A DNA stretch of 62,873 bases, the filler included, from Dirinaria sp. TL-2023a (Eukaryota): assembly GCA_051941275.1 (NCBI GenBank). It is 5 parts of 5 records of this genome, joined end to end, with 100 filler letters (N's around TTAATTAATTAA, not from the genome) between each part and the next. Parts side by side here need not be neighbours in the genome. Positions count along the whole stretch, not along the records: positions 37,799 to 50,287 come from JAVEBF010000765.1; 4 more parts are not named here. One strand, written 5' to 3'. The position numbers and the translations under genes were made by a program. The notes beneath the pieces were generated by a model that searched no databases, had not been told where the DNA came from, and was given only the letters and a program-made list of their open reading frames with translations. This document shows, one piece after another, positions 38,072-48,348 of this stretch. Numbering within the stretch: position 1 is the stretch's first letter; every line of letters starts with the position of its first letter.

Positions 38072-39633
38072 GAGAAGAGATCTCTAGAATACTAGCTAGG
38101 GGATTTGCCATCTACATAGCCACGAAAAAGACTGCGCGCATGCTGTGGGATAGTTGTGAATCACTTTTTAACGGCTTCAAGATTTACAAAACTGCTGTAG
38201 CGATGCGTTATTCGTGAGGATACTGATGGAGAGTAGTTGACAAGTAATTCCATGAGTGTGTTTATCATAACAAGGAACTATGGGTACAACCAGAATCATG
38301 ACGTCTAAATAGGGTACGCCTGAATCTGACGAGCAGTGGTCCCCTTTTGGAGAGCTTTATCAAGGATGGCCTCATAGTATGAGGTCCCAGCTATTTTGGC
38401 CGATGAGCACAGTAAGTTCCGAGGTTCAATGGTGTGATGCAAGATATCGCATAGGGTCCAGAGGTATCTTTCGAGCACGGCAGACGTGAACAAATCCGAA
38501 AAGCGTTTCCAAAGCCTACGAGAAACGGAGTCACTTATTTGTTGATTTGTTCTCCGTGCCAGGCCGCTAAGATCAATGCTTCCTGACACTCGTGCTTTGG
38601 CATATATACGTTCTTATCTTTATAATAAAGTTGAGTTCTGTACTTGTTTAGATGAGAAACATCCAGCGAAACTTCCCACCATTGACTCTCGACGAGGTAT
38701 ATCTTGCTATTCTCATGCCCAGTCGAGATGAAGTTTGGGATTCCGCTGAATAAGTCAGTTTTATTGTTTTCTACCAAAGATGAGTATTGACATATTGGAA
38801 TGAGTTCTGAGACGAGACATTGGTGAATGGTGTTGAACATTCGCACAACATTACCTTGAATACTGTTAGACTTTCCCCGTAACATGAATTGAGGTCATCA
38901 ATTCATTCAAGACTCTCTATGCCTATACCTACATTATGCGTCAAGACGTATACCCACATATTTTACTGGCAGTCCGAGCGATGCAGTGGTCTTCTAGTCC
39001 ACTTGGGTACCTCCAGTATGCTTTGTATAGCTGTGCTGACACTTATTTCAAGCGCATTGCGACGAGTACCACTGCGACAACGGAGCGCGGACCTGCATAA
39101 CTGCTTGGCCTATTAGGCAATAATACCACAGTGCTGACAATGTATGTTGGCCACCTTTCATACACCGAGACACCATACCGAGGGAGGGACTCGAGACGTC
39201 GCTTGTTTCAAGTGATCATGGGGGCGCTTCCTTTGTCCAGCTTGTCCTCAAACAGCTAGTCCGGCCCCCAATATCACACTAAGCCCGATCGAGCGGAGTT
39301 CTGGCCACGCAGGCGGTTGGAAGGTCGGTTTCCTGTTATGCGACACGTACCCAGTTCCACATTCTTGCTCTCTTTTAAGCGTTTCTGAAGTCACTCCGTT
39401 TCTCCCGCAGAGTGTTGTAAGTACTCACTTGAAGTGATCGACGCAGTGGTGAACAAAGCGGTGTACGGGCCATGCACTTTTCCAGTTCGGGGAGCAAACA
39501 TTCACATTTTCTTACCATGCACAATCACACCTTGCATTCCGTCGATCCGTTGCCATGACACAATTTTACTCAAATTTCATTCCCAGCCGGTTCGAGCTTC
39601 CTGGTAAGACCAAGGCAAAGCGTTTCCGCTCCA

Positions 39634-42471
39634 ATGGCTGGCTTTTCAATTCCACTTCCTTTTCTGGATGAGGCAGCAAAGCTACAGCTCAAAGAGTCTT
39701 CCAACCATCTACGTACCGTCTCCGCTGAGCCAATCCATGCTGTGAAGGTCAAATTGCATGCTCGCGGCTCTCAATCTCTTGACTTGGCCAACCCAAAGCA
39801 GAAGAAGATTATCGATCAGTATGACACATGGACAGCTGCTCGAGCAGCATTGTCGGCCAAGAAGCGGAAGCAATTAAAGCACCAGTCCAGCCAGTCTGTC
39901 GAGTCAGTCTCTTGCGCCAGACACCTGTGTAGCAAATGCCAGACCTTCCCTTTGCAAAGCTGCCTCACTTCACCTGAACCTGGGCGCATCTGGACGTCGC
40001 CTCTTAAACGACTGATTTGGCACCAGAATGATTGTCCACTTTGCAGTTTACTGACTCGCTCACTATGCCAGCCACAGAACGATCCTTTGATGCATCCTAC
40101 TGTGTCAGTGAACCTACCCGAAAACCTGCGGAAGGACACCATGCAGACATGGCTCACCGCTCTGCTATTAGATGACGTTTGGCTTAATACTAAAGTCTCA
40201 TGGGGCCATCTTCAAAGGTGGCCATTTGCTGTTCAGGAAACTGAGGCCGAAAAGGAAAGTGCCGAGACTGATCCCACCGACATGCCTAGAATTTCATCGG
40301 GTAGTCTCAGTCAAGGCTTCGTAGCAACGACAATCGACAAGGGTGACAAGTCCACCGATACAAAGTCAAGGCTAATTCAAGCAACGTCTCCGTGTTATGT
40401 AGCGATCTCAAACAATTCAACAGCCCCGGGGCTGCTTGACGTCAAACTTTGGGGCTACCCGCGAGGAAAGAGGACTCAGATTATGGCACTGAGCAGCTTT
40501 AGACTTCGAATAGAATCAGAGTGGCCAATTTTCCAGTCTGCACGAGAAAATACGCCCTTGTCTTACGGTCACATCCTCGATTCGGATCATATAGATCTGA
40601 GTCTCGGACGAATGTGGCTCGACCACTGCGAGCAATCCCACGGCGTGTCTTGTAGCAAACAAGGATGGCCTTTCAAACTAGGCAGACCCGACTTTTTCCG
40701 GCTTATTGATGTCGATGATCTATCTGTGGTTGAGGTGACTGGATCTCAAGCGTGGAGCTACAGATATGTGGCTTTGAGCTACGTTCGCGGCCATGCAGAG
40801 ATTTACAAGCTCTTACGTAACAACAAGAACCGGCTAGTTAGAACTCATGGGCTTTTCAAAGTATTTCGCCATAATCTGTCGAAGACTGTTCGAGATGCAA
40901 TCTCAGCGACACGAGCATTTGGGGAACGATACCTATGGATTGACTCACTTTGCATCGTCCATGACGATGAAGTTGAAAAGCGGCAGCAACTGGACGTCAT
41001 GGATCGAATCTATGGCAACGCAGTCCTGACATTGGTCGTGGCTGATGCAGAACATGCTGGCGTCGGCATTAGCGGCGTTGAGGAAGGCTCCCGTGAAATT
41101 CAGCAGATCTGTGAGGAGATAGAGCCTGGTATCCGTATGATGCTTCCACTTCCAGAGACAAGGAGCTTGGCCTTAACACCTTGGAATAATCGCGCATGGA
41201 CATTTCAAGAACGGTTGATGTCACGCCGCTTGGCTATCTTCACCAACGGCCAGCTAGTATGGCGCTGCCACAGGACCGTGGCGTTCGAAGACATGACTGC
41301 AGCTGAGCGCGCCGAAGAGGCCGAGGATTTTCCATTACTATCAATGGTGCCTCAAATGACAGGGATCAAAAGTCCAGGAGAAAGCTACATAAATTGTAGT
41401 CTGATAAAGCTCGACAGCGGCAAGACCCAAGTGGTACGATCTGCAGCTTTCAAGGAATATGCTTCCTTAGTAACGCAATATACACGACGGCGGTTGCATT
41501 ATCCTTCCGATGTGCTTGATGCCTTTGCCGGACTTTCCCATGTCATGGAGCTCTGCTTCAAGTGCGCCATTAACAAAGGACTACCAGAGAATCTTCTCGA
41601 CACGGCAATTCTGTGGCGTCCAGTAGAGCGGTTGCGCAGGCGTGCCGCTGATAGTACACCAAGCTGGTCTTGGGCCGGCTGGGAAGGTTCAGTAAAGTAT
41701 GAGGATGCCTTTCGAATGTATAAGGATGACTGGACTCTCAAGCGTATCCCAAGCCACGACGGTACCGAGCCTTTTCGCCCTCTGCTTCGGTGGTTCGTGC
41801 CGAAGAATGGAGGCCTCCAATTGATCAACGGTAATGGTCTAGGTGTGCCTTTACAGACAGAGACAGAGAATCTTCCCAAGGAATGGGACAAACATCCCCC
41901 TTTCTTGTCTCCAAGAGGAAGTGAAGACGAAGACAACCTTGGATACTGGAATTATATAATGGACGACATCGAGAATATGCTTCTCGATTCCAGCAAAGTA
42001 GCAGAGATTCGCGCTCATGTCGAGGTATCAGATTTGCCCGAAACACTCATACCAAAACTCAGTGACCGGAATCTGATCTTTCGCACAAGCTGCACAGAGG
42101 CGTTGTCATTTGGGCGTATCAAACGATCCGCGGTTGTTGACCCTAAGATTCCACTTCAGTATCCGATTCTCCAACTAGCGAATACCAGGGCAGAGAGACA
42201 AGTAGGACACTTACGTCTCGATGGTGACGGACCACGGCTGTTCGATCCCGGAAGGCACTCACTGATCGTTATATCCGAGGCCCTATACTTCAATATCAGC
42301 CAAAATGATCAACAAGACGATCGCGAGGACTTTCCCCTATACAATGTCATGCTCATAGAGTGGAAAGAGGGCGGACCTTTAGCCGAGCGTCTGGGACTCG
42401 GACGTGTGTACAAACATGCCTGGAAGACTTTTGAGCCACCGCCGGTCGCAAAGGTTGTAGTGCTAGGATGA
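39634..42471 (+). CDS. HET-domain (heterokaryon incompatibility, PF06985-type) protein
   Basis: 945-aa single-exon ORF; CxxC pairs (LCSKC, CPLC), WLDHCEQSH..C, FRLIDV, YVALSYVRG, YLWIDSLCIVHDD, MDRIYGNA, WNNRAWTFQERLMSRR, YTRRRL...DVLDAFAG, PSWSWAGW, ERLGLG. Confidence 0.93.
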   Translation: MAGFSIPLPFLDEAAKLQLKESSNHLRTVSAEPIHAVKVKLHARGSQSLDLANPKQKKIIDQYDTWTAARAALSAKKRKQLKHQSSQSVESVSCARHLCSKCQTFPLQSCLTSPEPGRIWTSPLKRLIWHQNDCPLCSLLTRSLCQPQNDPLMHPTVSVNLPENLRKDTMQTWLTALLLDDVWLNTKVSWGHLQRWPFAVQETEAEKESAETDPTDMPRISSGSLSQGFVATTIDKGDKSTDTKSRLIQATSPCYVAISNNSTAPGLLDVKLWGYPRGKRTQIMALSSFRLRIESEWPIFQSARENTPLSYGHILDSDHIDLSLGRMWLDHCEQSHGVSCSKQGWPFKLGRPDFFRLIDVDDLSVVEVTGSQAWSYRYVALSYVRGHAEIYKLLRNNKNRLVRTHGLFKVFRHNLSKTVRDAISATRAFGERYLWIDSLCIVHDDEVEKRQQLDVMDRIYGNAVLTLVVADAEHAGVGISGVEEGSREIQQICEEIEPGIRMMLPLPETRSLALTPWNNRAWTFQERLMSRRLAIFTNGQLVWRCHRTVAFEDMTAAERAEEAEDFPLLSMVPQMTGIKSPGESYINCSLIKLDSGKTQVVRSAAFKEYASLVTQYTRRRLHYPSDVLDAFAGLSHVMELCFKCAINKGLPENLLDTAILWRPVERLRRRAADSTPSWSWAGWEGSVKYEDAFRMYKDDWTLKRIPSHDGTEPFRPLLRWFVPKNGGLQLINGNGLGVPLQTETENLPKEWDKHPPFLSPRGSEDEDNLGYWNYIMDDIENMLLDSSKVAEIRAHVEVSDLPETLIPKLSDRNLIFRTSCTEALSFGRIKRSAVVDPKIPLQYPILQLANTRAERQVGHLRLDGDGPRLFDPGRHSLIVISEALYFNISQNDQQDDREDFPLYNVMLIEWKEGGPLAERLGLGRVYKHAWKTFEPPPVAKVVVLG

Positions 42472-43402
42472 AGGCCATATTACTACATACCGCCGAAGAG
42501 AAGCCTGCAATCATTGCCACCACTTCCACCAACAAAGGATAGGTTGCCGATCGGAATAATTGCTATTGGACTGAAAATGCTGAGTCTCGCCACACAAAGT
42601 CTAATTTTGTTGACGCAGACCTGTATCGCCGCCCAGGGTCCAAGTCCATCGTGACTCCTCCAAATACCTCAACCATTCAGCCTCCTACCATCACCGCATG
42701 GGTTCCTGATTATTCTCGGCAATTGCCAGATCTCCCTCCGAATCGTCGGGGAGGCTACTTCCACCTACCTGATCATCCAAAACGGACTGTACGTATTTTG
42801 CACAAGGACGATGATCTGATCTCGAACAAAGAGCCTTTTTCATCATCATTCGCAGCCCTTTGCTGCGAGACGCACATTCTACAACATAGGTTATATTCAA
42901 AGCCTTTCGATGACACGTTTTCTCATTCAAGGGCATCGAACATATTATGTGGATTTATACTACTGTTATTTTCCATGTGAATTTCATGTTGTCAAATATA
43001 CTATCTAAGAACCTGTTATACAGGTCGCAGAGCCTTACTTTTATGCTCGGAGACTTTGAAAGGACCGGGTGGTAATGGAAGCCCATCTAGCACGCCGTCG
43101 CTACCACACGAGTATCAAGCGTTCGAGGCGGGTTACGGCACATTGGACGTTATCTCCAACCACGATGAGAGTGATATTGGACTCTTCCTCAACGACATCG
43201 ACGTTCCTATCTCATATGTGCTCATGCATTGCGAAGGCATGACTCATTGAATGGCCGATCCGTTGGGAATTGGCGCAAGCCTGCGCTAACTCACATCATT
43301 GATTTCTTCTCAAACGGAAAATTTTTCTTCTCAGTATTGCTCATATGACCTCAACAAATCCGGTAGGGGGGTCCTCGACCCAGTCTTTCACTCTCCTAAT
43401 AA

Positions 43403-43411
43403 ATATATAAG
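43403..43411 (+). promoter_or_regulatory. Candidate TATA box for the 43610 gene
   Basis: atatataag followed by a pyrimidine-rich tract, about 200 bp upstream of the ATG in good context (accATGG). Confidence 0.4.
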
Positions 43412-43609
43412 GCCGGTTCCTCTCCCCTCTTTCTCATGACACCAGAACTCATTAGATCACTGCTTGCTTTTCTCTCGCCTGTAAAATATATCGCACACAG
43501 TGACCATTAGTAGACTACTCCATAAAATATAATCTTTGCTACCCTCTTTATCAATATCACTGCTCCTCTGTACGCCCTCATCCATACATTCTTCTGCCTC
43601 CATCAATAC

Positions 43610-45845
43610 CATGGCCCAAGCCTTGACCACAATGTCCGTAGAGTACGAAAACTCGAGCTTTGAATCCGAGGTGGTCCTGTCTTTCGACCTTGCAGCCAGT
43701 CCCAGTGAGAATACGAGCATGCTGCAGGGCTTCCAAGAAGAATTTGCTGAAGATCCTGTCGCAGCCAGCGACGAGTCTTTCATGCTCGACAATCTGGAGG
43801 AATCGGAGGATCACAGCGGTGCCGAGTCATTCGAAGAAGACACTTTAGATGAGTCTGCGGGATACGGGGAGAGTGAGTCATGGACAACTTGGAGCAACGA
43901 AGAAGTTCCCACAAACTGCGCGGCAGATGGATGGGATGCCGCTTGCGGTGAGGTGGATGTACCGCTCCCAACGCCAGAGCGAATCTTTCCTTCTTGGAGC
44001 TCCCCTCTCCCTACCTCACCTGAGCCCTTACAGATCGATAGCGTCACAATCGATGGGCATCCATTCCTGACTGCCTTTTTCGAGCAAACGCGGGCCATGG
44101 ACATCCCCTTTGCAACCTCTCACCGTCTAGCGAGTTTCCTAATGCATCTGGTAGAGGAATGCTGCTTCGACTTTGTCCAACGCGTCTATCCGGACGAGCT
44201 ACCGGACGTTGGCTTTGAGGCTAATCCAGACCGCTTGGAGAGGCTACCAGTCACATCAGGAGACCAGATTGAGGTCCAGCAGTGGGCGATGCCAGTTTCC
44301 AGATGTCTCAGGCGCTTGCAATTTGAAGCGGGGTCCAACGATAATACCACATGCAATGTACGGGATCTTACGCCTATCAGGCTACTCGGGGTACACAGCT
44401 GGGCTGTATACAACACAAGGTACATCAAGCAAGTGGTCGGCTTGGTAGCGCTGCTCAAAGACGAATGCCGGCTGAGCAAGATCGAGCGAGTCTTGCAAGT
44501 GCTCTACCAGCGGCAGCAACCTCCCAGCGAAACCGCGCCAGTGATCAGTGCCGAGGACAATCGCGCGGTCGACATAGCTCTGGGCCTTGTACCGTCTCCC
44601 GCCACGACAACAAATCAGCTCCTCTGCCGGGTACAGGACATCGTGGAGAAGTCCTGCTTCGACTTCTGGTCCGCCAGACAACCGGAGTGGCTGCTCGAAC
44701 GGGGGTGGTCGGGTAACGCATGGGTAGGTAGTTCGCCAAGTACCGTTGATGGAACGGGCTGGGATTGTCCCGAAAGGGTGGAGTTGAACGTGTGGACGAA
44801 CATGGGCTGGCACTTTCCGGAGTTCTCAAGCACGAAGGATCCTTTGGCCCGGGAGCGTAAGAGGTACTATCCAGCCAGGTGGTATCTCTTCGATCTTTTG
44901 CGCAGTATGCGACGCCTGCGCAACAATGCAGCTCACAAGGGTATTGGACTCCGCGAGCAAGATATCGGAGGCCTCGAGAAGCTACTCACCGATGCCTCGG
45001 AGCTGGCCACGCTGCTTGGCGATCCGGTCGCGACAGCCCAGATCCGGGCCCTTGTTGCTCAAGCCGCGCCCGTCACTCAGCTTATTCTTGCGAGGGAGGC
45101 TGCCGAAAGAGAACTCGAGAGACGGTGGAACGAGGAATGGCAAATCCTAGGTTCGATAGAGGTTTGGGATTATACCGACCTCCTGGACCATTGCCATGGG
45201 TTTTGCCTCCACGTTTTCCCCGCAGCGGTAGCCGATGAAGAACGCACTGGACGATGGAACAAGGAATGCCAAAGTTTACTCTCGATAGAGCTTTGGAATT
45301 ATACCGACCTCCTGGACCATTGTTACGGGTTTTGCCTTCACGTTTTCCCCGCAGTGGAAGCTGATGAAGAACGGATCAGACGATGGAACAACGAATGCCA
45401 AAGTTTACTCTCGATAGATCTTTGGGATTACACGGACCTCTTGGACCATTGTAATGGGTTCGTCCTGCGTTTTCTGGGAGAGATGGTTCAACCACCTCCG
45501 CCTTGGGAGATCTTCTGGTGGGAATGGCAAAGCCTAGCTTCGATGAGGCTTTGGGACTACACAGATTTGCTGGACCATTGCGATGAGTACATCCTTGATT
45601 TCCTGTTGGTGCCACCATCTCCGGAGTTCTTCCACTGGAGATGGTACGCTTCGCTCGATGAGAAGCGCTGGTACGGGGATGATTGCTGTTCCCAATACCC
45701 CCCCTTGGACGTCGATAGTTGCCTGCCTCATTATCCCCCATTCACCCCCGAAGAGCTGCAGATGCCGTCGCTAACCTTCATGCCAATATGGCGCGACAAT
45801 CGGACCACCGGAGCCGCATTGATCAACCCTATCGGCAGCATCTGA
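43610..45845 (+). CDS. Uncharacterised protein: acidic N-terminus, two duplicated helical domains each with R-x4-H (HEPN-like), four C-terminal 43-aa repeats
   Basis: Uninterrupted ORF, first ATG at 43610. Internal duplication LVEECCFDF...DQIEVQQW...IRLLGVH...LVALLKD vs IVEKSCFDF...ERVELNVW...LRNNAAH...LATLLGD; W[DN]YTDLLDHC x4. Confidence 0.8.
45123..45610 (+). repeat. Intragenic coding tandem repeat, 129-bp (43-aa) unit x about 4
   Basis: Units start at 45123, 45252, 45381 and about 45513; core tgg[ga]attatac[cga]ga[ct][ct]t[cg][ct]tggaccattg. Confidence 0.92.
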
Positions 45846-45962
45846 AAGGTTCCTAAACATCTCCCAGCGAACTCGGCAGCGACCTCGATCCACAGCATCT
45901 GAAAGCCTCCTAAACATCTCCCAGCGAACTCGGCAGCGACACCGGTCCAAAGCATCTGAAAG
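45837..45962 (+). repeat. 57-bp tandem repeat x2.2 spanning the stop codon
   Basis: agcatctgaaag at 45837, 45894 and 45951; cctaaacatctcccagcgaactcggcagcgac twice. Confidence 0.92.
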
Positions 45963-46346
45963 CGCTATTCTTCCGTAGATCCATACACCCACGACGGCTA
46001 TGACCACGAAACCCCACATCCTCTCGACGAATTCGACGCCTCTATATATTGTCTGAAGCTCCCAGCGTATCGCAGCTGAAAGTACGACAGCGAATTGAGC
46101 ACCCAAAAAGGTCTCTCCACCCACTTCCCAACACCATTACGCCGCCCTCCAGCCAATTTTGGCCGAGATGTCCAATCATGACTCGGACGCATCCACTCCT
46201 GCCGCGCAGCCTCCACTTTCTCACCCCATCTAAAGCCTTCTTAGCTCAAGCATCTCATAACCGATGCCGCTATCCCTCCGAATAATCGGAAAATAGCTCC
46301 ACATCGAACATCACCCCAAAGAATCACTCGTCGCAAAAAGCAGTCA

Positions 46347-48348
46347 ATGACTGAACCACCTCAATCTCTCCAAAAAACCCCGCGAGAAAAAATATTGCAG
46401 AAATCTAAATCCGCTCTTCGAAATCACGCAAACATCTCAACTGTCGTACGAAAACGACATCATCGCTTTCAACACAACGAAGAATTCAAAACTCGATCGA
46501 GTGCGCGAGTAAATAAAGTATGTGTGCCTCGCAAAAATCGATATCGATCGATCGATAAAAGCCCCACATTCTCAATCCGTCCTCGATCTCCCTCTCATAC
46601 ATACAAACACAAAACCCACCGAGACCACCAACAATAAACCCATTCCTGATCTAGGAGAAGAAACAATATCGGCAAAAACGCTGAACCTCTCTAAACTTAG
46701 CTAAACATCGATCAAAAATTATCAACACTTCGTCTCATCATGCAGCATGCATGACTGAATCACCTCAATCTCTCCAAAAAAACCCCCGCGAGAAAATCTA
46801 TCGCAGAAATCTAAATCTGCTCTTCGATATCACGCAGATATTTAGATCGTCGTATTAGAACGACGAAAAATCCAGAATCGGATCGAATGCGCGCAAGACA
46901 CCACCAAGAATATGTGCCTCGCAAATCCTCACATCGATCGATTGCTAAGAAGCTTCACATCCTCAACCCATCCTCACTCTCTCTCATACAAAACCCAAAA
47001 TCCCAAAAACACCAACGATAAGTCAATTCTGAGTCAAGAGAAGAAAGATCATCAAAAACCCACCAAATCTCTCAATCTCAGCTAAAACCCACCAAAAATC
47101 ACCAAAACTCCACCTCATCATGGAGCATGCATGACTGAACCACCTCAACCTCTTCTCAAGACCATCAAAAAACATCACAGAAATCTAAATCCTCTCTTCG
47201 AAGTCCCACAAAACCTTGTACCGCCGTACCGAAACGACATCACCGCTTTCAACACAACGAAAAATTCAAAATCCGATTGAATGCACACAAGTCACCAGGA
47301 ATGTGTGCCTCGCAAGTCCCACATCCTCAACCCATCCTCCCTCACCCCATACAAACCCAAAATTCCAAACACACCAACGATAAACCCATTCCTCTCCTCA
47401 ACCAAGAGAAGAAATCCACATCGATCGATCGATAAGAAGCTCCACATCCTCAACCCATCCTCCCTCGCTTTCATACAAACCTAAAAATCCCAAAAACACC
47501 AAGCATAAACCACTTCTCAGTTTAGAGAAGAAATTCACATCGATCAATAAGAAGTCCCACATCCTGAACCCATCCTCTCTCTCCCCATACAAACCCAAAA
47601 GTCCAAACACACCAACGATAAACCCATTTCTCAATTAAGGGAAGAAATCTACATCGATCGATAAGAAGCTTCACATCCTCAATTCATCCTCCCTTCCTCT
47701 CTCCCCCAAACATACAAAACAAAAAAATCACCGAAACCATCAAGCATACCTCATTCCTCAACTACGAGAAGAAAGACCACCAAAAAAAACCCCGACCCTC
47801 TTCAAACTCAGCTACAATCAGCAAAATCATCAACACTCCACCTCATCACGCAGAAGCTGCATCTACATACATACATACCCATAAAGCGCCACAAACATCA
47901 ACATTTGCCTTACACCTCGTCACTGCTACCGCTGTTCTTCCTCTTCTTCTACGAACGAATATAACGATTGAACAAGACGCTGTTCATTGCGTCGAATCTG
48001 CGTCGAAATCCGCTTATATATCTTCAGCCTCCCTCTCTCTCTCCTCACACACAAATCTAAAACCATCAGAACCACCAACAATAAAACCATTCCTCAATCA
48101 AGAAAAGAAAGACCACCAAAAAAAACCCCGACCCTTCTCAAACTCAGCTACAATCAGCAAAACCACCAAAACTTCGTCTCATGATGCAGAAGCTGCATCT
48201 ACATACATATCGATAAAGCGTCACAAACATCGACATTCGTCTCACATCTCGTCATCGTTATCATCATTTCTCTCTCTTCTCTCCGTCTACGAACGAATAC
48301 AACGATTGAACAAGACGCTATTCATTGCGTCGAATCTGCGCCGAGATC
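46347..48348 (+). repeat. Nested degenerate tandem-repeat array (about 380-400-bp, 120-bp and 340-bp periods)
   Basis: atgactgaa[ct]cacctcaa at 46347, 46751, 47131; cacatcct[cg]aa[ct][ct]catcc sub-unit at about 46956, 47320, 47443, 47559, 47673; ctacgaacgaata...gcgtcgaatctgcg block at about 47949 and 48287. Strongly C/A-skewed. Confidence 0.88.

Noticed and set aside
42651..43250. Small ORFs between the HET and HEPN-like genes as antitoxin candidates
   Set aside because: Non-ATG starts, short, no recognisable features; cannot be distinguished from intergenic noise.
46347..48348. CRISPR-like array next to a dual-HEPN (Cas13-reminiscent) gene
   Set aside because: Units are long, degenerate and contiguous with no constant short repeat plus unique spacers; eukaryotic context; no cas genes.
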